The notes under the pieces were generated by a model that was given only the letters and a program-made list of their open reading frames with translations, was not told the DNA's origin and ran no database searches. The position numbers were made by a program, and so were the translations under genes. A stretch of 64,000 bases of DNA from Octopus sinensis (lineage: Eukaryota), in contig NC_042999.1 of assembly GCF_006345805.1 (NCBI RefSeq), positions 41,850,001 through 41,914,000 of the forward strand, in the 5' to 3' direction. Shown piece by piece: positions 11,363 to 24,251 of this stretch; positions within the stretch are counted from its first letter, which is position 1, and every line of letters starts with the position of its first letter.

Positions 11363-11988
11363 ATATTTAAAAATTAAGGGTAGAAATTGATATTAGTCAA
11401 TTAAAACCAGTGGTCTAGCACATTAAAAAGAATCCGAAGATTAAAATATTTATATATACCATTAAGGACTGAACACGAAAAGGTGGACAGTCAACATGCT
11501 AGATATAGACGTCAAATCGCCATTCTCCACAAGGATTATGTTCTCAAATAAAAATAAAATTCAGCACGACCTAAAGCAATGGATGAGACAAAAGAAATAT
11601 ACTAAATGGAATAATTACCTACGTACTGCAGTTTCAGCTATTAATATCACAAGGATATCTGTAGCTTCATCAGCGTAGTTTGTTATGAGCATAATATGCT
11701 GTACTAGATGAAAAACGGTACCGGAGTCCCGCATGCAAAAAGTACAACCTATTACGTTCGGATGTATCTTTCGAATGCCTCTACTTTTGGCGCGCTGATA
11801 ATCGAAAAACTAGCCTGCAGCCAATAATTAGCAGCAGTCAATTTATCGGTTTGAGAACATATATTTCATATTTAAAAATTAAGGGTAGAAATTGATATTA
11901 GTCAATTAAAACCAGTGGTCTAGCACATTAAAAAGAATCCGAAGATTAAAATATTTATATATACCAATTAAGGACTGAACACGAAAAG
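11363..11988 (-). mobile_element. ORF-less ~505-bp unit with 120-bp terminal direct repeat and hammerhead (PLE pLTR or retrozyme-like)
   Basis: 11363-11482 repeats at 11868-11988; contains a complete HHR. Confidence 0.75.
11619..11678 (-). ncRNA. Type I hammerhead ribozyme (palindromic helix III)
   Basis: Minus strand: CUACG-CUGAUGA-AGCUA[21 nt]UAGCU-GAAA-CUGCAG-UA-CGUAG. Core complete; helices I and II fully paired. Confidence 0.85.
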
Positions 11989-13279
11989 AGCGAAGAGAGA
12001 AGATTAATTCCTGTTCACGGCGCAAACGGGAATCCGGATGGCCTCTGTGTAAGGACAAACCGAACACAGATAGGTGTTGCAAAGAGTGACCGGTGGAGCG
12101 GAAATGGCGTGAGACCGGTGTGTCGTTCGCAAGGTGGATGTCACGAAGGTGTTCCGCGAACCGGTCAGCCAAGCGGCGTCCCGTTTGTCCGATGTACAAG
12201 GAATTGCAGAGAGAGCAAGAGATGCAATAGATAATATTGCTGGAGGTGCAGGTGAAGGAGTGGATGATGGGATAGGGTCGATGGTGGGTGCTAGTGAGGC
12301 GGGTGGTGTTGGAGAGGTAAGGGCAAGTGCGGCAAGTGCGGCAAGTGCGGCAAGTGCGGCAACGTGGGCGGGAGCAGGGGAACGAGCCGGGTTGGGAGGT
12401 AGGGTCAGGGAAGGAGCTATGGACCAAAAGGTCTCGAAGGTTGTGGGCTCGTTTGAAAGAGGGGAGGGGTCGGTTAGGGAAGAGGTGTGAAGTGGACGGG
12501 TCGGACTGGAGATGACGGAAAGCTCGAAGAATGGTGCGTTGGAGACGTAGGGTCGTGGGGTGGTAAGTGAGGGGAAAATGGAGGCGGGAGACTACATGGC
12601 GGGTTCGGGGAGAGAGAGCAGATACACGGTCCACGGTCCGTGCTCTGGCAAGGGCGGTGTGGATAGTGGTGAGGGGGTATCCACGTAGGGTGAAGTGGTG
12701 AGCCATACGTTGAGACTGAGTCTCAAAGTCATGGTCGTCACTACAGAGCCTACGTAGACGGAGGAATTGGGAATAGGGGATGGAAAGCTTGGTGTGTTCT
12801 GGGTGGGAGGAAGAGAAGTTGAGGTATGAGTGTGAGTCTGTGTGTTTGTAGTGAATGGAGGTGGTAAGAGTGGAGTGAAGAATGCTAACCGAAATGTCGA
12901 GGAAGGAGACAGAGGTGTTGGAGATAGTGGAAGTGAAGTGGAGGGCTGGATGGAAAGATTGGACGAAAGAGAGGAAGGAATCTAGATGTTCGCGGGAGAG
13001 TGAGGTGGCACCGATAATGTCGTCAATATAACGACCATATAGTTCAGGAGTGGGACCAGTGAAATTAGAGAATATTTGGGCCTCAACATAGCCAACGAAC
13101 AGGTTCGCATAGTTGGGGCCCATTCGCGTTCCCATGGCCACTCCCGAGACCTGATGGTAGAACTCGCCCGCGAACGAGAAGCAGTTCAGAGTAAGGACAG
13201 TTCGGCCAGACGAATGAGTGTGGAGGTGTCAGATACAGGGTTAGAGCGGAGGTCAAGAAAGTGTCGAAGGGCCTGCAGT

Positions 13280-13280
<1 letters not shown>
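11989..13280 (-). mobile_element. Penelope-like element fragment: RT C-terminal half, Cys linker and GIY-YIG endonuclease
   Basis: VAMGTRMGPNYANLF, RYIDD, FLDISV, PCSRPRCRTC, NIIYCISCSLCNSLYIGQTGRRLADRFAEH. One frameshift near 13205; truncated at both ends. Confidence 0.92.
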
Positions 13281-13335
<55 letters not shown>

Positions 13336-13365
13336 ATATATATATATATAATAATAATAATAATA

Positions 13366-13392
<27 letters not shown>

Positions 13393-13398
<6 letters not shown>

Positions 13399-13678
13399 CC
13401 ATGAATGGAATTTATATATATTTTAAATCGTCGTTTGCACGGTGTGCATGTTTCTTAAGATGATTGTCCGTATTCCTGGGTTGATTACAGTATATTCTGT
13501 AGTATTCATGGACATCAGCTAGATCATATTCATGCGTTCATCTCCTCGCCCAAAGATACTATGGACAGTAACTTAATCATCCAGGGAATACAGAGTACGA
13601 TTTGAAGAGACATGTGATCTGTGGAAACGCGCGTTGCGATGCATTAAAAGAATTATAAATTTCATCCATGGATTATTA
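13393..13678. mobile_element. Small foldback element with ~30-bp imperfect TIRs between (AAT)n and (ATT)n
   Basis: aataatccatgaatggaatttata versus reverse complement of tataaatttcatccatggattatt. Confidence 0.5.
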
Positions 13679-13697
13679 TTATTATTATTATTATTAA

Positions 13698-13736
<39 letters not shown>

Positions 13737-13846
13737 GATTATTATCATTATTATTATTATATTATTATTATTATTATGGCGGTGCCCCAGCATGGCCACA
13801 GCTCGTGAGCTGAAACTAGATAATTTGAAATAAATAAAATAAATAG

Positions 13847-13881
<35 letters not shown>

Positions 13882-13895
13882 GATTATTATTACTA

Positions 13896-14460
13896 TGAGT
13901 GAGAGAGCAGTGCATGCCATCAAAGTGACACTGGAGTAAAATATTCGAAGCCCTGTATACCCATCATGACTACCCGTCTGATAAGGGTACACTAGGCACA
14001 TGCATCACAACCATATGTGCGTGGCATGGTGATCTCATATCAAGATAAACAGCACACGACCTTGCAGGTGGGGCCCAATAAGTATTTTCTTCTGGTCGAG
14101 TAACCCATCCCACTCAAACGGTCTCTGAATAAGGGATATTTAAGGATGTTGAACAAAATACCCATGTTTTCAGAGGTTAATTATCCAAACCCCCAAAGAA
14201 TTCCTCTCAACACATGGCTATGATGCTCCCCCACTACTTCTGCTCGTGATCAGAGATGCACATATAATCAGCCACTAAGGGACATGCTCAACTGGTTAAG
14301 GTCAAACAACTGACAAGCAAATCTGTGGTATTGAGCAGACTATTTACTGTAGCCCATCTTTTATACTAAGAAAAAAAATGTACATGATAACACTTCCAAT
14401 CAGTTAAGATCCACTGCCTGGTACTGTATCAGTTACGATCAGTTAAGAGAGCCACTGCCT
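13896..14460 (-). mobile_element. ~560-bp non-coding dispersed repeat (family X), copy 1
   Basis: Colinear with 24252-24830 and 31148-31704; the AAT-repeat side abuts the ...CACTCA end. Confidence 0.8.
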
Positions 14461-14487
14461 GCCAGGTTAGGGCTAACAACATCGATA

Positions 14488-14717
14488 GGCGGCGAGCTGG
14501 CAGAAACGTTAGCACGCCGGGCGAAATGCGTAGCCGTATTTCGTCTGCCGTTACGTTGTGAGTTCAAATTCCGCCGAGGTCGACTTTGCCTTTCATCCTT
14601 TCGAGGTCGATAAATTAAGCACCAGTTACGCACTGGGGTCGATGTAATCGACTTAATACCTATGTCTGTCCTTGTTTGTCCCCTCTGTGTTTAGCCCCTT
14701 GTGGGTAATAAAGAAAT
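14488..14717 (+). mobile_element. SINE family A, Tx1-like tail, 23-bp TSD
   Basis: tRNA-like head. TSD AGGTTAGGGCTAACA(A/G)CATCGAT at 14464-14486 and 14718-14740. Confidence 0.9.
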
Positions 14718-14940
14718 AGGTTAGGGCTAACAGCATCGATTAGTATTTAACGTCTATGACTATTATGAGTTGCCACTCACGCTGTAAACGTCTCCAACAG
14801 GTAATTCCATGTTCGCTTCACTGGATGGTAATATTATCCAGAGTGTGTAATAGCAATAATTTATAATGATAGAGAATTTTGTGATTGCTACATCCTTAAA
14901 ATTTATTTTCTTTTAATTTACATTTCATGCAGCATATTTT

Positions 14941-16350
14941 TTATGGTTATGACAACCTATACGTGTTTCGACTGCACGGAGTACGGATAGTTGCACATGC
15001 AACCTGGCGTGATATTCTGTGCAGCTCAGATGAAAATAGTAGACTAGACATTAAAAAAATGAACCTATAAACAAGAATATTGGTAATGCTAAACTGGCTG
15101 AAAGAACAGAAATAGTTAATAGCAGAAGTGACTGGAACACTAATATCAACATATCACAGATTGTATTGGGGGACGGTTTTAAAGTAAGGACCAGCAATCG
15201 AGGGAAAAAAACACTTCACCACAAGCCTATACCTCCACACTCAGGGTGCTAGAAATAGCAGCTCACAAACACCTATGGATATTGAGTTTAGGGAAAATAG
15301 TAGATAAATAGGAACGAGGGCAGAAGAGACATATAGCAGGAACTATAGAACAATGGATAAGAGGAACGGAATTAGGTCTCTCTAATTTTTGCTAGGAATG
15401 AAGTATGTCCCTTAAACTCTAGATGTTCAACGAAGAAACTTGTATATTGATGTAAAATCACTTCTGAGGAAAGAACATGCTTCTACATAAGGACGAACTC
15501 GCTAAATTTTAAAAGACTAGCTACTGTTTAAATTCATTTAGAGACAGAAATAAAATAAACAGCACGGGCTTAAGCAAACTAATCTGGCCCTTAAACATAG
15601 GAACTATAGCTTACTCCGGAGTGGGAGATAATTAGTTAAGCTAAACCGCATCAAGGAGGAGGAAGTGGATGTCAGTCATGTAAAGAAGAAATATACCAAA
15701 TCTTTTCATCGAGGTATAAATTGCTCAGCAGCAGAGTGGAACAGGCCTTAAGATGCTTACGCAAACAGCAAAGCATTTAAGAAATTTAACAATCGTTCTA
15801 GATAACTCAATATCCCACCCACATATAGGTTAGAAAAGAAGGATATAAGCGCATGTCCTAAACTCCCCAAATATATGGCATTTTCGTAACAAACCTAGTA
15901 TCTATTTTTTATCTTTTCTACTACCCAGCATAAATACTTCAACCACAAAAATATCTGAATAACTAAGAACCGTACATAGAACTGTACCACCCTAAAATAA
16001 AATACATTACAAGAACTATACTTCAAAGTAAGGTTATTAAGTTCCCATCTACTACAATAAACAAAGAAGCCTATCAAAAGAGGTACAAACTTCTTAATTA
16101 AATAGAATCCAGACTTCAGCTTAGCAACTGGTGTGAAACCGAGATCCACAACACGAGCTTACACACACATAAGATTTCAGATTCAAAACAACTAACCCTC
16201 ACTTCCACCTGAACCCTAACCATTGGTTGACTTCAAACATAGCTAGTTGAAGGACCCTGAACAAAGTTGCACAGAATATTATGCTAGGTTACATGTGCAA
16301 ATGCCCATACTCCGTGCAATCGAAACACGTGAGGTCGTCCTAACCATAGG
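14941..16350. mobile_element. Element with ~85-bp imperfect inverted termini enclosing a decayed LINE-like segment
   Basis: 14941-15026 is the approximate reverse complement of 16265-16350. The interior is A-rich with a residual CQSCKEE Zn-finger-like motif. Confidence 0.55.
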
Positions 16351-17016
16351 AAATATGGTGTATGAAATGTGAGATAAAAGGATATAAATTTTGAGGATGT
16401 ACCAATCTCCATATTCTCTATCATCATAATTATTGCTCATATATATATATAATCATTATGAGGATATATGAACCTCTTATAGGGATAGTTTTATCCAAGT
16501 TACACTGGTTTAATACATTTTGAAGATATAATTCTTCAATGAATATATTATACAAATATCAAATATTAGTGAAATAAGAAAATGGAGAGATATAATGGAT
16601 ATAAATTAATTTGTGATTAACATTGCCTACAATTGTTTCAATTTACATACACTACAAATTACAAAATACAGATAATATATAATAAAATGATTTTGCACTT
16701 TCTAAGATTTTGAGTGAAATATCTTCAGGGCAAAAAGGACATTACGGAATTTACATGTGAATCATTTGAGATACTACAATATATTAAGCAGATGAAAATA
16801 TTTACAGTTATTTATATCTGTGTACGTTAATATTTTATTTAAATATAATAATCATTTAATTATTTAAACATAATAATAATAAACTGAAGTATATAAAATA
16901 ATTAAAATATCGATTAAAAAGGAAAATAAAAATTAAAAAATAAAATGGAAATTAAAAATGAAAGTAATAAAATAGTAATTATAAAAATTTATAAAAATAT
17001 ATAAAAAATACATACG

Positions 17017-17180
17017 ACAGGCATCTTTTAGTTTCCGACTACCAAATCTATTGACAAGGCTTTTGTAAGCTCGATACTATAATAAAAAAACACTTGTATA
17101 AGATGCCATGCAGTGGGACTGAAACTGGAACCGTATGGTTGAGAATTAAACTTCTTACCACGTAGACACTCATGCCCATA
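17017..17180 (-). mobile_element. SINE family B, 5' half, diverged
   Basis: Similarity to 30856-31020. Confidence 0.65.
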
Positions 17181-17329
17181 AGCGTATATACAGGTGCGTG
17201 CGTGTGTTTGTGCGTCTGTATGTGTGTGTACATATATATATATATATGTATGTATATTTGTAGTCGCAGCATATTTGTGCTTCTGATGTTTTTTATGCGA
17301 CTATATGTATAAATCTCGTTTCGACTTCC

Positions 17330-17520
17330 GAAAGGGATGCCCTCCTGTTGGAGGATAAACCCAACAACTGCCTCGGGAACTACTTTCCTGCTGTGCGGAT
17401 TGGTACAACATAAAACGAAGTGCCTTGCCGAAATACACAAGAGGTAACCCGGCTAGAAAATCGAACCCGTGACCAAGGAATCGCGAGTTCAACACTATCC
17501 ATGCAGCCACGCGACTTCAC
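17330..17520 (-). mobile_element. tRNA-derived SINE (family D-like), diverged
   Basis: Reverse complement has B box GGTTCGATTTT and the gcaaggcactt...ttatgttg segment similar to 19215-19500. Confidence 0.5.
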
Positions 17521-19214
17521 GCGTTGTATCCGATACTAAGCTATTGAACTTCTCTTTCATTTCTCTTTAAGATCGTAGTGTGGAATTTAAATGAAAAAAT
17601 GAAATTTTGCCGTTCTTTCTAACCAGTTCTGCCACCAGCGTAGACCATTACGTTTAGAACCAATGATAGGAATTTATAAATGAACGTGAAACCACCATTG
17701 CCATGGAGATCAAATGGCTACTATAATAGTATCTTTTCCTAAAAGCAAGTTTCAATCTCTGTGCTATTCTAAATACCAAAATGTTCTCTGCAGTCTAATC
17801 TTTCCCAGTCTGACCTCCTGTAGTTCGCTGGTTGCATGATCTTTTTATTTCCTATATACATCTCAATGAAAAATTGTTCCTGTCATTTCCGAGCAGCTAC
17901 AAGACTCTAAGTAATTTTCTCAAACAGAATGTAAAAAGAAAGAAAGAAAGAAAGAAATGAAATAATAAAAACTTTTATCCACATTCTCTTTATTTTCATT
18001 ATTTTGTTCAATTTCTGACACATTCTCTAAAAGCTTTCAGTATGGCCTGTGCATAAAACATAAAGTAAAACAGTTTAAAGAAAAAAAATAATATACATGA
18101 AAGTACTTTCCGATTTGATGTCATACAGCTAGATCTATAGCGAATAAAATGCTATTTTGATGACTAATTTCCCCCGACTAAATAATTTTTCTTTCTTCAT
18201 GAAGTTTGGCAAGGACAGGTCGGCTTAGATACCAGCAATTTATCATGTTGTAATTCGTACTGGAGAAGAAAGATGCAGACAGTTTATATATTCTGACCCG
18301 AGCCGAGGGCATCGCAGATATATCGTGCGGGCAATCTATAATCGAAACTGGTAGAGCCATCGATCGCGATTGATGAAGCCACTTTTATTGTTATCACCGC
18401 AGAAAAAAAAATTAGAGATAGCCAACCATCACAAACACATTCATATAATGGAAGGGAAAAGTTTATCAAATTATATATTTTAGATCACGATTAATGATTA
18501 ATAGCGTCGTTTACAGATTTTAAATGGATCAGTTACTGATTTACTGCATTTCCTACAGTAGGAACGAAAAGGAAGTGTTTGAAACTCATGTAAAACAAAT
18601 ATTCCAAGGGACGTCTTTCGTAAAGGACAAGCATTTCCATTTTTCCGTCATTGTATACCGCATTCGCTGATATACGTGTATGTATACAGACACATATATA
18701 TTAATGTTTGTTTTTATATATATGCATACACACGGAGACACATATACATATGAATATGTTTGTGTGTGTGTGCGCACACGCGCGTGCATGTGTTTATATC
18801 TGAGTGTGTGCAATTAGGCTTTAACTGAAGGATCACTCAGTGGGTTTAAGAAGTGTAACACATCTATTTTTACAGAAAAAACTGTTGAGAGTAACTTCGA
18901 AATATTGATTTTTCTTTTCACTTACAAACCCGCAGCCGATGAATCTTCGAAGACAATCCTAAAATTTCCGTCAATTCTGTTTGACTCGAAATGTATCGTT
19001 AATACAAGGCCATGGTTGACGAACCTTAGGATGCAATCTGAAAGTGCCATGGTTATGCCTCATATCTTTTATTTATTACTTGCTTCAGTCAAACCCAGTA
19101 CATTTTTTTCTCCCTGGTAATCTTCGTATCAAACAACACCGGTCGTCAAACAGTAGCGGGGAGCAGGAGAAAACAAAACAGACACACACGCCTACACACA
19201 CATGCAAATATGAA

Positions 19215-19500
19215 TGTTGGGCTCACAATCATGATCTAGTGAGTTCGATTTGCAGACTTGGCTGTGTGTTGTGTTCTTGAGCAAGACACTTTATTTCACG
19301 TTGCTCCAGTTCACTCAGCTGTAGTAATGAGTTGCAACTGGATTGGTGCCAAGCTGTATCGGCCTTTGCCTTTCTCTTGCATAACATCGGTGGCATGGAG
19401 AGTGGAGGCTGTGCGACTGCTGGTCTTCCATAAACAATCTTGCCTGGACTTCTGCCTTTGAGAGTAAGATTCTAGGTGTAATCCCACAATCATTCATGAC
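19215..19500 (+). mobile_element. tRNA-derived SINE family D
   Basis: B box GAGTTCGATTTG, then gtgttcttgagcaagacactttatttcacgttgctccagttcactcagctg. Confidence 0.6.
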
Positions 19501-19534
19501 TGATTCGGGTTTCTACTCTTTACCCTGTATATAC

Positions 19535-19700
19535 ACGACGGGCTTCTTTCAGTTTCTGTCCATCAAACTAACTTACAAGTGATTAGTCGGCCAGAAGCTA
19601 TAGTTCAAGAAACTTGTCCAAGATGCCACGGAGTAGGATTGAACCAAAGACCACATGTTCGGGAAGCAAGCTTTTCAACCACACAGCCACTCCTGTGCCT
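19535..19700 (-). mobile_element. SINE family B, 5' half
   Basis: acgacgggcttctttcagtttc...accacacagccactcctgtgcc. Confidence 0.7.
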
Positions 19701-20199
19701 ATGCTAAAAGTTTGTAAACTGTACATTAAAAAAGAAATAATTAGAGATTCAATTCCACTATATAATTGAAATTGAATGGATATAATAATGGCTATTTCTT
19801 CATCGCAGATTGTCAGTCCTTCCTGAAGATTCCTCCTATCTCTTGATTTAATAGCCATCAAAAACCTTAGCGAAAAATAAAGATGACAAAAAAACATCTG
19901 AATCCGTAAACCCACTACACCTACACACTAATCTAAGAATGTACTGAATAATGATTGCTTTAGTACAGGGGGAATTTCGTTCAATTAAAAGGTTTTTAAG
20001 ACGATTCTCTTATCTATGATTAATTAATTTTTATCCTAATTTCCTCATCTTTTCTTTCATATGACCTCTACATCTTGAAGTATACTTACACTGCGAAGAT
20101 AAGTAAAATTCAAAACTGTAAAATAAGCTTTTATATGAGAAGAACCAGGAAGTAAACACATCCGTACATTATAGACGTGTATGCGCTTATAAGACACAA

Positions 20200-20730
<531 letters not shown>

Positions 20731-21337
20731 TATGAATATCAGTGTAAAGTGTTGTCATGAGTAGGGAATGAAGTGTGTGTGAGCAAGCGAGAAAGTGAGA
20801 GAGAGAGAAAAAAAGACAGCAGAGAGACAGAAGCAGAGAGTATGAGTGTTGTCTGCTTGCGTTAAGCAGACTAGAAATGAAAATACTAATCAAAATTTCT
20901 TTTATATCGAAATAATGTGTGGTGAAAGGAAATCACTTTAGTCGATTTCCTGTTGGAAAAGTAAAATATCAAACAGAACCTAAAACGAAAACAACAATTA
21001 TAAAACCATGAAACGAAATTTCTTGGTTGGAATCGGCCAAATTGGTTTAATTCTATTGAGAAGAACGGTTGTAGGTTCGTTCTTCAGTTTATTGTCTTCC
21101 GCTTTTAAACGAATCATGAAAGTGAATATATTTTTTTCTCTTCGAATTTGCCACTAATAGGGTAATGACAGTGCAGTACAGAATGGAGAATGTTCCGGTG
21201 TTGGCGACATAGCAGCACACGGTTGTTAATCTCTAATTTGAAGGCAGGGGCGTGTTTCCTCATGACCGGGGATAAAATTCTACTGGTCCATATGTTGCAT
21301 GGAAACCAGAATATCTGCAATTTATATGTGTGTGTGT

Positions 21338-21374
<37 letters not shown>

Positions 21375-22188
21375 TCTGTGTGTGTGTGTCTGTGTGTGTG
21401 TGTGTTGTGTGTGTGTGTGTGTGTGTGTGTGTATGAATATATATCTATATATATATATAAATTCTTTCTTGTCTTGGGATTCACGGTAAAACGGCTTTGG
21501 TGGAATTTCGCAAAAAATTACACAGATGTGTAAAATGATCCAGCGGTGATTCTGGGCTTTGTATTTTTACATAGCTCCCTTGGCTACCGAGATAATCTAC
21601 TATAATAATACTCTAGTGTTTATGAATGAGAAAGGAAGGGGTGATAAATGAATAAGGAAGGAAGAGGTGATGTCATACTCGGTAGTGGGATGAGGAAAAT
21701 TATACGCAGTAAACAACATGAAATACAACAGTAAACAGCATGAAAAAAGAAAACAAATGAGTTCAATACGCAAACAACCAAAGAAACAAACGGAAAACAG
21801 GACAAATAACACAAAGAACAACCTTTCATCAGTTGTCGGCTGTCTATCTACTCCTCATATCGAGCATTCAACAACAATATGAGTCTTCGAAGACAATTGT
21901 TCCCATAAGTATCAAAATATGATTTTGGATTTATAGATGGTCAAAGTTAGAAAGAAAAGAAGGACAGGGGAGACATACTTGGAAACCGAACGAAAACAAA
22001 CATGGAGTGTCATTAGACCAAAACGAGAGTAAAATGGCGAACGGTGGATAAATATTTTCTTTGAAAAGAGAAAAGATATAAGAGAGATAGAATACGTCCA
22101 GTCCTTAGGACACTCTGAAGGAAATGAAAGATGATCAGGCGAGGAAAAGAAAGATAGACGATTGACCCAAGCCAACGATAGCAAAGGA

Positions 22189-22650
22189 TATCTATTGTGA
22201 GCAGATTAAGAGGCTTAAGTCAGCACTAGAAGAAAAAACTACCGTCTTTAGTTTCAAGACGAAAGGTGTTGTTCAATCAGGATAATGCTCGGCCACATAC
22301 AACGGCGATGACATTCCAAAGGCTGGGGCAGTTTGAATGGGAATCGATGCCCCATCCACCATATTCAGACATTGTCTCATCGGATTATCATTCATTCCGC
22401 AGTCTTTAAAATCATTTGGACGGAACAAATATTAATTCTGTAGATGAGGTCAGAACAGTACCGGAGGGATATTTTTCGTCACGGACGAGTGAATTTTGGA
22501 AGAGGGGCCTATGCAAATCTACCACATAGATGGAAGAGGATTGTAGAAAATGAAGGAGAGTATATTTAGAATAAAATAAAGGAATTTGTTTATCTTAATT
22601 CTGAAACATAAAAGAAGTATTAAAAGCCCGCATTATTTATGGGATGGCCA
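22189..22650 (+). mobile_element. mariner transposon 3' fragment (transposase C-terminus and right terminus)
   Basis: IYCEQIKRLK...VLFNQDNARPHT...MPHPPYS.DIVSSDYH...LPHRWKRIVENEGEY, with stops and frameshifts. Putative TIR ccgcattatttatgggatggcca. Confidence 0.85.
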
Positions 22651-22845
22651 CGAACTTCTACGGATTCTACCTTCTCCTCTCATCACCCACGAACTTCTAC
22701 TGGACTTTCTAAATTTCAGCTGCACCTCTCCTGCCTATGGATTACACTGGACGCCTCTGTTGATGAAACATCGCTCCAATACACCACAACGTCTGAAGCA
22801 TTTGAACCTTTTGAACTTTTCGTATATTTTTTTCATTCTGTGTTC

Positions 22846-22881
22846 CTATCTGTAGAAGAGCATAGGCTCGAAAGGTTAAAG
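22846..22881 (+). ncRNA. Hammerhead-like motif, A6U core variant (decayed copy)
   Basis: CUGUAGA-A-GAGC AUAG GCUC-GAAA-GG-UU-AAAG; part of a repeat shared with 55600-55740. Confidence 0.35.
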
Positions 22882-22974
22882 AATTTTTCCCTTCGCGAGC
22901 GTTATACTAATACATCTGTTTGTTGCCTACACCACCTGTCTTCGTCTTCTGTTGTTTCTTTTGTGAATTCTCCT

Positions 22975-23020
22975 CCTATATATATATATATATAGGTATG
23001 TATGTGCGTATATATATATG

Positions 23021-23109
<89 letters not shown>

Positions 23110-23111
23110 AC

Positions 23112-23181
<70 letters not shown>

Positions 23182-23190
23182 GTATGTGCG

Positions 23191-23228
<38 letters not shown>

Positions 23229-23320
23229 CGTGTGTGTGTGCGTGTGTGTATGTATGTATGTATGTATGTATGTATGTATGTATGTATGTATGTATGTATG
23301 CATGTATGTATTATGTATGC
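22975..23320. repeat. Compound (TA)n/(TG)n/(TATG)n microsatellite
   Basis: Direct reading. Confidence 0.95.
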
Positions 23321-24210
23321 ATAATGCAAATGATACAGACCGAAAACGGAATACACAGGAAACTTTATTGCTCATAACGATCGTTTCGACACATCCTGTA
23401 TCGAACCTTTGTGGGTGAGAAACTATACACTTAGTTTTGGTGCATCCTTCGGTGTAGAAGCATCTGGTCAGTTGATGTAATAAGATCCAGCTACAGTTGT
23501 GTAATTACCGTGAGTGACGCCAGGTAGCCATAGGCAGTGAACGTACTTTACCGACGTACTACTAGGAACATAACCAACACTTAAATATTGACTCGCGTAC
23601 ATGTGTGTGTGCGCGTATCTGTATGCGTGCGTGCATGTGCGTATGTATCTATGTATATGTGTGCGTGTGCGATTGCATTTGTCACTCCCGTAGCTCACCA
23701 ATTGGTGTTGGTAGGCTTACGTGTTCGTAACGTTACAGATCGGCAAAAAATCCCCAGAGAACAAGTACCAGACGAAACTTACGTACTGGTATCGATTCGC
23801 TCAACTAAATCCATGAAAGTGATAGATAACTCAAGATGACTGCAGTCTATTGACCTAAACAAGAAATGAGCATATCGCGAGTATATAAGAATGAAACATT
23901 GATGGTTGAAAGAAACACGCAAGCGTTAAGTAAAGGAAAAGAAGTCCGTCAATCTTGTAACATGTATATCTAATGTACAAACTTGAATAGAAGCGAAAAG
24001 ATCAATACTCAGTGATATTTGAAATCAGATCATTTACTTGAATTTAATGATGTACATTTATCGATATATCTATTTTGCCTTCTTTTAAGTTCATATGGCG
24101 GTTTGGAAGGCCGTGTGTCTATAAGTTTATAATGTGGAATATGGGAGCTTGGAGAGAACAAGAATCTGTAACGAATGTTGAAAGTAAAGACAAATGATAA
24201 CAGAAAAACA

Positions 24211-24247
<37 letters not shown>

Positions 24248-24251
24248 CGAT

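Noticed and set aside
21810-21840. Minus-strand CTGATGA
   Set aside because: No downstream GAAA with a closing helix.
23370-23420. Minus-strand half-hammerhead (GAUAC AGGAU GUGUC-GAAA-CGAUCG-UU)
   Set aside because: Helix II, GAAA and a palindromic helix III are present, but there is no CUGANGA at the required position.
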